Assembly: GCA_963720545.1 (NCBI GenBank)
Contig: OY970399.1
Coordinates: forward strand, 3,712,001-3,776,000
Direction: 5' to 3'
DNA length: 64,000 nucleotides
Origin: an uncultured Acidobacteriota bacterium
Lineage (GTDB): Bacteria > Acidobacteriota > Vicinamibacteria > Fen-336
Shown in pieces: positions 54,846 to 64,000 of this stretch; the stretch's first letter is position 1, and each line of letters begins with the position of its first letter. The position numbers and the translations under genes were made by a program. A model generated the notes under the pieces. That model was not told where the DNA came from. It worked only from the letters and a program-made list of their open reading frames with translations, and searched no databases.

Positions 54846-56828
54846 TCAGTGCTGGTTGTTGCGGGGACGCTCGCGCGGCGCGGCGCGCTCGGTGCGCGGC
54901 GCCTGGCGGGGCGGCGGCGGGGCCTGACGCTGCGGCGGTGCCTGCACGGCCGGCCGCGGCTGGTTCTGCGGCGGGCGCTGGCGTGCCTCGGTTTCGTGCG
55001 CGCTGCCGCGCCCGCGCGACCCCTCGCGGCTGGCCTGGGTGTCGCCGCCGAAGCTGCCGCCGCCACGGTTGCGGCCCTCTTCGGCCGGACGGAAGAAGCG
55101 GCGCATCGCCTCGCGTGACGCGTCGTCAGTCTGCTCGCGGCTCCGCACCGGCTCTTGCGGGACGCGCGGAGTGCCGCGGCGCGCTTCCGGAGTGTCGGCC
55201 GCGCCTCGCTGCTCTACCGGACGGCTCCGCCAGACACGCCCGCTCTCGGGAACGCGCACGTCCGGACGCTGCGTCTCGGGACGCTGAGCCTGCGGGCGCT
55301 GCGCCTCTGGACGCTGCGCCTGCGGCCTCTGCGGCTCGCGGTCGTTCGCGCGCCCCGTTTCCTGGCGCGCCTCCGGACGAGTCCGCCAGACGCGCCCTGC
55401 GTTCGGGTCCACCGCGCGGGCGCGCTCGGGAACAGCGCCGCTGCGGCCGCCGGCGTTGGCCGACGCGTTGTCGTTTCGCGAGCGCCCGTCGCGGTTTCCG
55501 GCCGTGCCGATGACCGATGCGCGCGGGTTGATGTGAAGATACTTCGGGTCGTTGCGCAGCTCGGGGACGACGTCGCCCGGGCCGCGGTTGATGCGCGCGA
55601 TGGTGCGCGTCGGCTCGAGCTTGCGGTCGAGGCGCACCGCCGGCGAATCGAACACCTTGAGGTCCGCGACGTTGTCCGGGCGCACCCAGCCGGCGCGTCC
55701 GCGGCGCTGACGGCCGAGGTCGCCGCGATTGGCGTAGGTCCAGTTGGAGCGCGGCGTCGCATGCCCGCGGAAGCGGTCGCGGCCGTTGTTGATGTTGACG
55801 TTCACGTACAGCGGGCGGTCGCGGAAGCCGAGCGCGCACCAGCCGACGTAGCGGTCGTTCACCGCCCACGAAACCCAGGCGGGGGAGAAGCGCCGCCCCG
55901 GAATCCAGTACCAGCCGAGGCGCACCGAGCGGCCCCAGCGGCCATAGTGGAAAGCGGGCCAGCCCCACGACTCGTTCGGCACCCAGGTCCAGCCGTAGTC
56001 GGTCCACACCCAGCCGCCGTCGTTGTAGGGCGTCCATTCGCCGCCGACGCGCGGCCGCCACACATGGCCCACCTCGGCGTCGGCGTACTCCCAGCTGCCG
56101 TTGCGGTCGAAGTCGTCCTCGTAGGGCTGGACCTCCTCGGGCAGGTAATCGCGGCTCGCGCCGTTCGTCACGGTGGCGCGGTCGCGGTCTTCGCTCCAGT
56201 AGTCGAACTCGCTGTCGGCATACGCCGTCTGCACCTCGCCGACCTGGCCGTCGCGCACCGTGATGCGCTCGCCGGCGGTGAGCGAAAGCCTGCGGCCGCC
56301 GGAGTCGAAGCTCGCGTCGCCGTCGATGACGTCGACGCGCGTCTCGTTGGCGTCGATGACGAAGCGGTAGCGGCCGTCCTGCGCCACGTCGGCGATGCCG
56401 TCGGGAGTGGTGATCGTGAACTGCAGCGAGTCGCCGCGGGTGCGGCGCAGGATGGCGCCGCCGGACCACATCTTGAGGACGACCCGGCTGCCTTCGATGT
56501 TGTCGTAATCGAGCTTGGAACGGCTGTCGAGGCGCAGGATGCTGCCATCGGAGAACTGCACTTCGACGCGCCCGCTGGCCTGCGTCCATAGCCGGTCGCC
56601 GGGCAGGAACGGGCTGTTGGCGCGCGCCTCCTCGGAGCCGGTGTCGCTGGCGCGCTGCAGGACGACGCTGCCTTCCAGGTAGCGCAGCCGCGCGGGTGCG
56701 CGGTCGTCGTACTGCTGGTCGTTCTGCTGCTCGCCATAAGCGGCAGGGTCGTCCTGCTGCTGGGCAAGCGCTGGCACGACCGCCGCGGCCAGGATGGCTG
56801 CGCCGAGGATCAGGGTCGTCGTCTTCAT
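54846..56828 (-). CDS. Exported FecR-like + DUF6600 (Trp/Gly-rich) protein with disordered Arg/Pro/Gln tail
   Basis: Signal peptide, ARLRYLEGSV...GDRLWT...RVEVQF, WTPYNDGGWVWTDYGWTWV..ESWGW..FHYGRW. Confidence 0.82.
   Translation of the reverse strand: MKTTTLILGAAILAAAVVPALAQQQDDPAAYGEQQNDQQYDDRAPARLRYLEGSVVLQRASDTGSEEARANSPFLPGDRLWTQASGRVEVQFSDGSILRLDSRSKLDYDNIEGSRVVLKMWSGGAILRRTRGDSLQFTITTPDGIADVAQDGRYRFVIDANETRVDVIDGDASFDSGGRRLSLTAGERITVRDGQVGEVQTAYADSEFDYWSEDRDRATVTNGASRDYLPEEVQPYEDDFDRNGSWEYADAEVGHVWRPRVGGEWTPYNDGGWVWTDYGWTWVPNESWGWPAFHYGRWGRSVRLGWYWIPGRRFSPAWVSWAVNDRYVGWCALGFRDRPLYVNVNINNGRDRFRGHATPRSNWTYANRGDLGRQRRGRAGWVRPDNVADLKVFDSPAVRLDRKLEPTRTIARINRGPGDVVPELRNDPKYLHINPRASVIGTAGNRDGRSRNDNASANAGGRSGAVPERARAVDPNAGRVWRTRPEARQETGRANDREPQRPQAQRPEAQRPQAQRPETQRPDVRVPESGRVWRSRPVEQRGAADTPEARRGTPRVPQEPVRSREQTDDASREAMRRFFRPAEEGRNRGGGSFGGDTQASREGSRGRGSAHETEARQRPPQNQPRPAVQAPPQRQAPPPPRQAPRTERAAPRERPRNNQH
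55261..55335. repeat. 15-bp tandem repeats encoding QRP(Q/E)(A/T) units
   Basis: PQRPQAQRPEAQRPQAQRPETQRPD in the protein tail. Confidence 0.75.
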
Positions 56829-56860
56829 GGCCGAGACTCCCATTCTTTAGTCTTGAGTTG

Positions 56861-56876
56861 AGCAAGGATCGTGCCC
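56861..56876 (-). promoter_or_regulatory. Sigma54 -24/-12 promoter of the FecR/DUF6600 gene
   Basis: Minus strand GGGCAC-GATCC-TTGCT, 33 bp upstream of the ATG; dyad TGTCC-N5-GGACA at 56962-56976. Confidence 0.78.
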
Positions 56877-57013
56877 CCGGCGCTCACCCCGTTAGTCGGC
56901 TGCAATCAGCAGGATACGCGGACCCACCGACGCGCCCGCCTGTCCGCAAAGGGGTCCAGGTTGTCCCCTCAGGACACGGCTGTTAACATCACGTCCTCGC
57001 CCCTTTTTGAAGC

Positions 57014-57100
57014 GCCGGAGTGGCGGAATTGGCAGACGCGCACGGTTCAGGGCCGTGTTCGCTTCGGCGAGTGTGGGTTCAAGTCCCACCTCCGGCACCA
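57014..57100 (+). tRNA. tRNA-Leu (anticodon CAG)
   Basis: GCCGGAG/CTCCGGC acceptor stem, CACGG-TTCAGGG-CCGTG anticodon arm, long variable arm, GGTTCAAGTCC T-loop, encoded CCA. Confidence 0.96.
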
Positions 57101-57198
57101 ACTAACGGTCACGAGTATTGCTCACTGACGCACCCCCGATCGGGGTGCCGCGCGGCCGGACGTCGCTTGACGCCGGCGCGCCTCAACTGTTTTTCGAA

Positions 57199-59331
57199 AT
57201 GACTGAAAAGAACACAAACCGCGTGAACGTCGTCACTGGACGGCTTTCATGCAATCCCGCCGGCTACGGTTTCGTCCAGCCGGACGCCGCAACCGACCGC
57301 AACAACAACGTCTATGTCACCGCCGCCAACATGGGCGAGGCGCTGCACGGCGACCGCGTGGTGGCGCGCGTCGAGCGCCGCACCGACAAAGGGCTAGAAG
57401 GCCGCATCGAGAGGGTCGTCGAACGGGCCACGACGCGCATCGTCGGCCGCTTCGAGAAAGACGGCAGCGCGCGCGGGCACGTCGTGCCCTTCGACACGCG
57501 CATCCTGCACAACGTCGAAATTGCCTCGGGCGACGTCGGCGGAGCGGAGCATGGACTGATGGTCCTGGCCGAGATCACCCGGCCGCCGTCGGCACACCGC
57601 AACCCGGCGGGCCGGGTCCTCGAGGTCCTCGGCCGGCTCGAGGACAAGGGCGTCGACGTCAAGGTGATCCTGGCGAAGTACCAGCTGGCACCCGCGTTCC
57701 CGCAGGACGTCGAGCGCGAAGCGGCCTCGGTGCCCACCGCGGTGAGCGCCGCAGAAGCCGCGAGCCGCACCGACTTCCGGCCGTGGACGACAGTTACGGT
57801 CGACCCGGAAACCGCGCGCGACCACGACGACGCCATCAGCCTCGCACGCCTGCCTGGCGGCGGGTACCTGCTGGCGGTGCACATCGCCGACGTCGCCCAC
57901 TACGTGCGCCCCGGCAGCGCGATCGACCGCGAAGCGTACCAGCGCGGCACCTCGGTCTACTTTCCGGACCTGGTGGTGCCGATGCTGCCGCACCCGCTCT
58001 CGAGCCGCATCTGCAGCCTGGTGGAAGGCGAGGACCGCCTCACGCAGACCGTGGTGCTGCACCTCGATGCGGCGGGTGCTGTGCAGCGCACCGAATTCCA
58101 CGACGGGGTCATCCGCAGTGCCGCGCGCATGAGCTACCAGCAGGTGCAGGCGATCGTCGACGGCGACGCCACGCTGCGCGAGCGTTACAGCGGACAGGCC
58201 GATTTGTTCCTGCTGATGGACGAACTCGCCAAAATCCTGCGCCGGCGACGCCACGACCGCGGCTCGCTCGACTTCGACGTGCCCGAGCCGAAGCTCGTGC
58301 TCGACGCGGGCGGAGAGATGACCGGCATCGTCGCGCTCGAGCGCCTCGACAGCATGCGCGTGATCGAGGAGTTCATGCTGGCGGCGAACGAGGCGGTCGC
58401 CGAGAAGCTCGACAAGGCCCATGCGCCGGCGCTCTACCGCATTCACGAGCGGCCCGATCCCGAGCGCGTGGAGGAGTTCGCCGACCTGGTGGCGTCGTTC
58501 GGCTACAAGCTGCCGCCGAAGATCGAGCAGATGACCCCCGAGGATTTCCAGAAGGTGTTGCGCCAGGCCGAGGGCAAGCCCGAGCACAAGCTCATCTCGT
58601 ACCTGCTGCTGCGCACAATGAAGCTCGCACGGTACGACGAGAAGAACCAGGGGCACTTCGGCCTGGCGACCGAGAACTATGCGCACTTCACGAGCCCGAT
58701 CCGGCGCTATCCCGACCTCGTCGTGCACCGCGCGCTGCGCGCCTTGCGCCACGGCGGGAAGCGCGCGCCGGCGGCACTGCCCATGGCGGAAATGGGGCTG
58801 CACCTCTCGGAGCGCGAACGCCTGGCGACCGATGCCGAGCGCGAGCTGATCGAGTGGAAGAAAGTGCGCTTCATGGCCGGCAAGGTGGGCGAGCGCTTCC
58901 ACGGTGTCATCACCGGCGTGCAGTCGTTCGGCCTGTTCGTCGAGCTCGACGAGTTCTACGTGCAGGGCCTCGTGCACGTCTCGACCATGAGCGACGACTT
59001 CTACCAATTCGACGAGCGCGCGCACCTGTTGCGCGGCGGCAACCGCGGCGCCACGTACCGCATGGGCGACCGCACCCTCATCCAGGTGGCGCGGGTGGAC
59101 CAGGACCGGCGGCAGATCGATTTCATGCTGGTCGGAATGCCTGCGCCCGGTCGCCAGGCGGCTGCCGGGCGCAAGCGCCAGGGCGCGTCCGCGCCAGCGG
59201 CGGCTGTCTCGAGGCACCGCGGCGAAGCGCCGCGCGGGCGCAAGCGCGAGCCCGCACGGGCCCGCAAGGGCGGTGGCCACCAGGGCCGGGAGAAGAGCCG
59301 CGATCGCCAACGTGGCCGCGGCCGGCGGTGA
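57199..59331 (+). CDS. rnr: Ribonuclease R
   Basis: CSD (GYGFV, ALHGDRV), DPETARDHDDA, HIADVAHYV, HFTSPIRRYPDL, S1 domain, basic tail. Confidence 0.95.
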   Translation: MTEKNTNRVNVVTGRLSCNPAGYGFVQPDAATDRNNNVYVTAANMGEALHGDRVVARVERRTDKGLEGRIERVVERATTRIVGRFEKDGSARGHVVPFDTRILHNVEIASGDVGGAEHGLMVLAEITRPPSAHRNPAGRVLEVLGRLEDKGVDVKVILAKYQLAPAFPQDVEREAASVPTAVSAAEAASRTDFRPWTTVTVDPETARDHDDAISLARLPGGGYLLAVHIADVAHYVRPGSAIDREAYQRGTSVYFPDLVVPMLPHPLSSRICSLVEGEDRLTQTVVLHLDAAGAVQRTEFHDGVIRSAARMSYQQVQAIVDGDATLRERYSGQADLFLLMDELAKILRRRRHDRGSLDFDVPEPKLVLDAGGEMTGIVALERLDSMRVIEEFMLAANEAVAEKLDKAHAPALYRIHERPDPERVEEFADLVASFGYKLPPKIEQMTPEDFQKVLRQAEGKPEHKLISYLLLRTMKLARYDEKNQGHFGLATENYAHFTSPIRRYPDLVVHRALRALRHGGKRAPAALPMAEMGLHLSERERLATDAERELIEWKKVRFMAGKVGERFHGVITGVQSFGLFVELDEFYVQGLVHVSTMSDDFYQFDERAHLLRGGNRGATYRMGDRTLIQVARVDQDRRQIDFMLVGMPAPGRQAAAGRKRQGASAPAAAVSRHRGEAPRGRKREPARARKGGGHQGREKSRDRQRGRGRR

Positions 59332-59455
59332 GAATCGTTCGCAGAACAGCGCGCGCCGCGCTGCTTCGTCCCGGCGCTCTCCTGAGGTACGATCCGCTTC
59401 ACTCATTCCGCCGGTGCAGCAAGACCCCTTTTTCCTCCCGCGAGGAAGGCAGCTA

Positions 59456-59821
59456 ATGACCGACGTGCGCAGCGTGACTTTGAACCTGATGAGCCGGGAA
59501 CTCATCTTCCTTCAGAAAGTCACCCGGCAGGAATATCACTTCATCACCGACGAGGAGCAGGAAGCGCGCCTGCGCATCCGCGACAAGCTGCAAGAGGGCT
59601 TCTTCGACCAGCGCGAGAACCGCATCGTCCTCAACCTGACGCGCGACGAGCTGCTCTTCCTCATCAAGGTGGCGCGCGAGAACTACTCGTTCGTGGTGCG
59701 CGCCGAGAAGGAAGCGCGGCTGGCGCTCGCCGCCAAGCTCCACAAGACCGCCGAGCAGGTGTTCGGCGGCACCGGCACGCCGCCGACCCCGCCGCCCTCG
59801 GCCAGCCGCCGCGAGGACTAG
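59456..59821 (+). CDS. Hypothetical 121-aa protein with internal duplication
   Basis: Two ~40-aa repeats ([14 protein letters not shown]...[12 protein letters not shown] and [14 protein letters not shown]...[12 protein letters not shown]); GAGGAAGG RBS. Confidence 0.75.
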   Translation: MTDVRSVTLNLMSRELIFLQKVTRQEYHFITDEEQEARLRIRDKLQEGFFDQRENRIVLNLTRDELLFLIKVARENYSFVVRAEKEARLALAAKLHKTAEQVFGGTGTPPTPPPSASRRED

Positions 59822-59827
59822 CCGCAG

Positions 59828-61732
59828 ATTCGTTCCCGTCCCGTAATCGTCGGCACGGCAGGCCACATCGACCACGGCAAGACCGCCCTGGTTGCCGCGC
59901 TCACGGGTACCGACCCCGACCGGCTCAAGGAAGAGAAAGAGCGCGGCATCACCACCGACCTCGGGTTCGCCCACGGCGTCCTGCCCTCGGGCCGGTTGGC
60001 TTCCTTCATCGACGTGCCGGGTCATGAGCGGTTCGTCCGGCACATGCTCGCGGGCGCCCACGGCATCGACGCGGTGGCGCTGATCGTGGCCGCCGACGAG
60101 GGAGTGATGCCGCAGACCCGCGAGCACCTCGCGATCTGCACGCTGCTCGGCATCGAACGCGGTGTCGTGGTGCTCACCAAGGCCGACCTGGCGGACGCGG
60201 ACACGCTGCGCATCACGGCAGCGGCGGTTGCGGAGCTCGTGGCAGGCACAGCGTTGGCGGTCGCACCGGTGGTGGCGGTCTCCGCGCGCAGCGGCTCCGG
60301 GCTCGACGAGCTGCGCGGCGCGCTCGACCTTTTGGCCGAGGCGCTTCCGGAACGCGATGCCGGCGGCCTGCTGCGACTGCCGATCGACAGGGTGTTCTCG
60401 ATTCGTGGCTTCGGCACGGTCGTCACCGGCACCCTGCGCGGCGGCACGCTGCGCGTCGGCGACACGATTACGGCGCTGCCGGGCGGGCGCACTTCGCGGG
60501 TGCGCGGCCTCGAGGTGCATGGCGGGCCGGTGGCGGAGGCGGCGGCTGGCACGCGCGTTGCGGTCAACCTGACCGACCTCGCCGTGGACGAACTGGCGCG
60601 TGGCCAGGTGCTCGGCTCCGCGGGAGCGCTGGTGGCGACGTCGATGTGCGACGTGCTGGTGAGCGTTCTGGGCGACGCGGCACCGCTTCGAGCCGACGAA
60701 CGCGTGCGGGTGCATGCCGGCAGCGCCGAGCGACTGGCGCGCGTGCGCCTGCTTGGGGCCGAGAGCATCGGGGCGGGCGAAAGCGGGGTGGCGCAGTTGC
60801 GCCTCGAGCTGCCGGCGGTGATGGCGCGCGGCGATCGGCTGGTGATGCGCCGCTACTCGCCGGCAGCGACGATCGCGGGTGCGAGAGTGCTCGACCCGCT
60901 GCCCCCGAAACGCAGTGCGCGCGACAGGCCGTGGCTGGTGCGCGCCGCGGCGCTCGCCGAGGATGACGTCGCGGGTGCGGTTTGCCTGATGCTCGAGGAG
61001 GCGGGCGGCGCCGGGCGGCCGCTGGACGACCTGGCGGCGGCCACCGGACGCCCGGTCGCGGGGCTCGAAACCATGACCGCGAACCGGGCGGAGGTGGTTC
61101 GCGCCGGCCGCCGCCTGGTCGCCGCGACCGCCTTCGCAGCCGTGACCGCCAGGGCGACCGCAGCCCTCGAGGCGTTCCACGCGTCGTCGCCGCTCGCCGC
61201 CGGCATGCCGCGCAGGGAGCTGGCGCGCGCCGTGCAACTGCCCGCGGACGGGGAGGTGTTTGCGGCCGTACTCGCGGCTCTCGATGCCGCCGGGGTGGTG
61301 GCGAAGGAGGGCGAACGCCTGCGCCTTGCCGGCCACTCGGTGCGGTTTTCGGCGCCGGAGGAGCGCCTCCGCGGGCTCATCGAGGCGGCGGCCACCGCCG
61401 CCGGGCTGCGCGGGATCACCCGGGCGGAGCTCCTGGCGGTGGATCCAGATCACACCGCCGTAGAACGGGTATCGCAGGCGATGCGCGTTAAGGGTACGCT
61501 TCGTCCTGTCGGCAACGACGCGCTGGTGCACTGCGCGCCGCTCGAATCGCTGAAGGCCGCCGTCAGGCGGAATGTTCGCGTGGGTGGGAAGCTGGACGTG
61601 GCGGAGCTAAAAGAAATGACTGGACTGAGCCGCAAGTACGCGATCCCGCTCCTCGAGTTCCTCGACCGCGAGCGCGTGACTCGGCGGGTCGGCGCCGAGC
61701 GCTTCGTGCTTGGCGCGGGTTTGGTGGACTGA
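59828..61732 (+). CDS. selB: Selenocysteine-specific elongation factor; no canonical start codon (ATT at 59828 inferred)
   Basis: [40 protein letters not shown]-terminal [14 protein letters not shown] winged helix. Confidence 0.92.
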   Translation: MRSRPVIVGTAGHIDHGKTALVAALTGTDPDRLKEEKERGITTDLGFAHGVLPSGRLASFIDVPGHERFVRHMLAGAHGIDAVALIVAADEGVMPQTREHLAICTLLGIERGVVVLTKADLADADTLRITAAAVAELVAGTALAVAPVVAVSARSGSGLDELRGALDLLAEALPERDAGGLLRLPIDRVFSIRGFGTVVTGTLRGGTLRVGDTITALPGGRTSRVRGLEVHGGPVAEAAAGTRVAVNLTDLAVDELARGQVLGSAGALVATSMCDVLVSVLGDAAPLRADERVRVHAGSAERLARVRLLGAESIGAGESGVAQLRLELPAVMARGDRLVMRRYSPAATIAGARVLDPLPPKRSARDRPWLVRAAALAEDDVAGAVCLMLEEAGGAGRPLDDLAAATGRPVAGLETMTANRAEVVRAGRRLVAATAFAAVTARATAALEAFHASSPLAAGMPRRELARAVQLPADGEVFAAVLAALDAAGVVAKEGERLRLAGHSVRFSAPEERLRGLIEAAATAAGLRGITRAELLAVDPDHTAVERVSQAMRVKGTLRPVGNDALVHCAPLESLKAAVRRNVRVGGKLDVAELKEMTGLSRKYAIPLLEFLDRERVTRRVGAERFVLGAGLVD

Positions 61733-62094
61733 TGGCGAGGGCACGGTCCGACCGGCGCATCCCCTCGACCCGCATCCCGTTCCCGGCGCCTTGCAGCGTC
61801 ACGCTGCCGAACGGCACGACGCGCGAGCTGTCGCTCGTGAACCTCAACATGATCGGCGCCTACGTCGCGGGCACCAATGCGCCGACTCTCGGCGAGCGCG
61901 TCGCGCTGCGCTTCCGGCTGCCCGACGGCGAGTCGGACATGACGCTGTCGGCGATCGTCATGTGGGTGAAGACCGATACCGCCGGTGGCCCCGATGCGCC
62001 GCCGGGGTTCGGCCTGCAATTCGTCGGCTCGAGCCTCGAGGAGAGCGCCCTGCTGGCGCGCTTCGTCGAGCAGAACCTGAGCGCCGTCGAATAA
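61732..62094 (+). CDS. Single-domain PilZ protein
   Basis: RSDRR (RxxxR), NLNMIG, VMWV...GFGLQF; TGATG overlap with selB. Confidence 0.8.
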   Translation: MARARSDRRIPSTRIPFPAPCSVTLPNGTTRELSLVNLNMIGAYVAGTNAPTLGERVALRFRLPDGESDMTLSAIVMWVKTDTAGGPDAPPGFGLQFVGSSLEESALLARFVEQNLSAVE

Positions 62095-62125
62095 CGGCCG
62101 GCGCCCCGCGCCGCTTTCCGGTCGC

Positions 62126-63505
62126 TCAGACGAACAGGCTGATCGGGTTTTCCAGCAGGCGGCGGACCTCGCGCAGGAACTCCGCCGCGAGCGCGCCGTC
62201 GATGACGCGGTGATCGGAGCTGAGCGTCACCTTCATGCGGCTGCCGGGGCGGACCTGGTCCGTGTCCCGGTCCACCACCGGCACGCGGCGGATGCCGCCG
62301 ATCGCGAGGATGGCGCTGCCCGGCGGGTTGATGATCGCGGTGAACTCGGCGACGTCGTACATGCCGAGGTTGGAAATGGTGAAGGTCGCGCCGGTGTAGT
62401 CCTCGGGCTTCAGCTTCTTGTCGCGGGCGCGGCCGGCGAGCGCGCGGATCTCGGTGGAAATGTCGAGGACACTCTTGGTGTCGGCCGCGCGGATCACCGG
62501 CGTGATGAGGCCGTCGGGCAGCGACACCGCGACACCGATGTCAGCCTGCGCCGCGGTGACGATCTGTTCGTCGCTCCATGAGGCGTTGACCAGGGGAAAG
62601 CTGCGCAGCGCCAGCGCGCAGGCGCGCACGATGAGCGCGTCGTAGGCAAGCTTCAAGTCCTCGGCGCGCGCCAGCTGCTCGCGCAGGCTGACCGCGGCGT
62701 CCATGTCGATGTCGACCGTGACGTAGAAGTGCGGTGCCGTGAAGGCGCTCTCCGCCAGCCGCCGGGCGATCGTCTTGCGCATGCTGGTGTGGGGGATCGC
62801 GGTTCCCGGAACGATGGTGGGCGCGGCCGGCCGCGGCGCCGGCTTCGCGGCCTGCGCGCCAGCTCCCGCGGGCGCTGCCGCGGTGCTTGCGCGCGGCGCG
62901 GCAGCGAACGCCTCGACGTCCTTTTTCGTGATGCGGCCGCCCGGACCGCTGCCATTGATGCGGTCGAGCGCCAGGTTGCGCTCGGCGGCGATCGCGCGCG
63001 CCAGCGGGCTCGCTTTCACCCGTTCGCCTGCCGCACGCGGCGGCGCCTGTGCCGGCGGTGGAGCGGGCGCCGCGGGCGTGCCAGCCTGAGGCGCCGGTTG
63101 CGGGCGCGGCGCGGCAGTTGCCACTTCGCCTTGCGCGGGAACGGCGGGCTTTTCAGGCAAGGGTGCGGCCGCGGGCGGCTGGGAGTCGGAAGGCGGAGCG
63201 GCTGCCTCCGCCGTGGCCGGCACCGGCGCCGCGGCGGCAGACGCGACCATCGCCGCGATGTCCTCGTCAGCGTCGGCGATCACGCCGATGAGCGCACCCA
63301 CCGGCGCCTTGCCGCCGGCCGCCACCAGGATCTTGCGCAGGATGCCGGCGCCCATGGCTTCCATCTCCATGTTGGCCTTGTCGGTCTCGATCTCGGCAAG
63401 CACGTCGCCGACCTTGACCGCGTCGCCCTCGTTCTTCGACCACTTGACGATGGTGCCTTCCTCCATCGTCGGCGACAGCTTGGCGAGCACCACCTTCGAG
63501 ATCAT
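62126..63505 (-). CDS. pdhC: Pyruvate dehydrogenase E2 dihydrolipoamide acetyltransferase
   Basis: LSPTMEEG...EIETDKA lipoyl domain, ASPLAR...GSGPGGRITKKD, TISNLG, DHRVIDG. Confidence 0.95.
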   Translation of the reverse strand: MISKVVLAKLSPTMEEGTIVKWSKNEGDAVKVGDVLAEIETDKANMEMEAMGAGILRKILVAAGGKAPVGALIGVIADADEDIAAMVASAAAAPVPATAEAAAPPSDSQPPAAAPLPEKPAVPAQGEVATAAPRPQPAPQAGTPAAPAPPPAQAPPRAAGERVKASPLARAIAAERNLALDRINGSGPGGRITKKDVEAFAAAPRASTAAAPAGAGAQAAKPAPRPAAPTIVPGTAIPHTSMRKTIARRLAESAFTAPHFYVTVDIDMDAAVSLREQLARAEDLKLAYDALIVRACALALRSFPLVNASWSDEQIVTAAQADIGVAVSLPDGLITPVIRAADTKSVLDISTEIRALAGRARDKKLKPEDYTGATFTISNLGMYDVAEFTAIINPPGSAILAIGGIRRVPVVDRDTDQVRPGSRMKVTLSSDHRVIDGALAAEFLREVRRLLENPISLFV

Positions 63506-64000
63506 GAGCGGTACAACGCCTTCCTGACCGCGTCCACGACCTTCTCCGGCTGCGGCAGGTACGCCTTCTCGAGCATCTTCGAGTAGGGCATCGGCACGTC
63601 GGCCGCGGTGACGCGGATGACCGGCGCGTCGAGCGCGTCGAAGCAGTTGCGCTGCACGCGGTCGGAGATCTCGGCGCCAAAGCCCGCCACCGGCCAGCCT
63701 TCCTCCACCACGATGCAGCGATTGGTCTTGCGCACCGAGTTGAAGATCGGCTCGTCGTCGAGCGGCCGCAGCGTGCGCGGATCGACCACCTCCGCCTCGA
63801 TGCCTTCCTTGGCCAGTAGCTCCGCGGCGGCCAGCGAGGTCACCACCGAACGGCTCCACGCGACGATGGTGACGTCCTTGCCCGTGCGCTTCACCTCCGA
63901 GAGGCCGAGCGGGATGTGGTACTCCTCGTCGGGCACTTCGCCCTTGAGGTTGTAGAGCACCTCGTTCTCCATGAAGACCACCGGGTTGTCGTCGCGGATC
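63502..64000 (-). CDS. pdhB: Pyruvate dehydrogenase E1 beta subunit, C-terminal part (truncated by window edge)
   Basis: PVVFMENE, GKDVTIVA, EVVDPRTLRPLD, FDALDAPVIRV, DVPMPY. Confidence 0.93.
   Translation of the reverse strand, partial: IRDDNPVVFMENEVLYNLKGEVPDEEYHIPLGLSEVKRTGKDVTIVAWSRSVVTSLAAAELLAKEGIEAEVVDPRTLRPLDDEPIFNSVRKTNRCIVVEEGWPVAGFGAEISDRVQRNCFDALDAPVIRVTAADVPMPYSKMLEKAYLPQPEKVVDAVRKALYRS

Noticed and set aside
57014..57200. tRNA-Leu as an island integration site
   Set aside because: No integrase nearby and no duplicated tRNA 3' end seen; rnr follows directly.

Overview
High-GC bacterial chromosome segment. Gene content and protein styles suggest Acidobacteriota, possibly Vicinamibacteria (inference). 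From left to right: the 3' end of folD; a cupredoxin lipoprotein, a tandem cupin and a small-peptide/multi-TM membrane protein pair; coaE; a minus-strand kdsB-pyrG-kdsA-kdsD-kdsC-lapB operon; a divergent ~25 kb type IVa pilus locus; a Tat-exported IorAB-type molybdoenzyme opposite a CadC-type wHTH/TM/beta-propeller regulator; and housekeeping genes (typA, aroB, terC, proS, pcm, tatC, tatA/B, lnt, prfB with its +1 frameshift, PBP1A, tRNA-Leu, rnr, selB, pdhC, pdhB). The pilus locus contains pilB, pilT, pilC, pilS, pilR, pilA, ABC/TPR accessory genes, pilD, a second histidine kinase, fimU-pilV-pilW-pilX-pilY1, a Zn-ribbon/TPR protein, a second sigma54 activator and a GT-C-like membrane protein. 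The most notable signals are four consensus sigma54 promoters, three with candidate upstream enhancer dyads, including a TGTC-N7-GACA dyad shared by pilA and a distant FecR/DUF6600 gene. Others are a second two-component system bracketing the minor-pilin operon, a selB gene without a canonical start and in frame behind a single TAG, and phased 11-bp repeats between iorA and its putative regulator. The many frameshifts in pilB, pilT, pilC and pyrG look like assembly-consensus artefacts. No CRISPR array, integrase, transposase or rRNA was seen.
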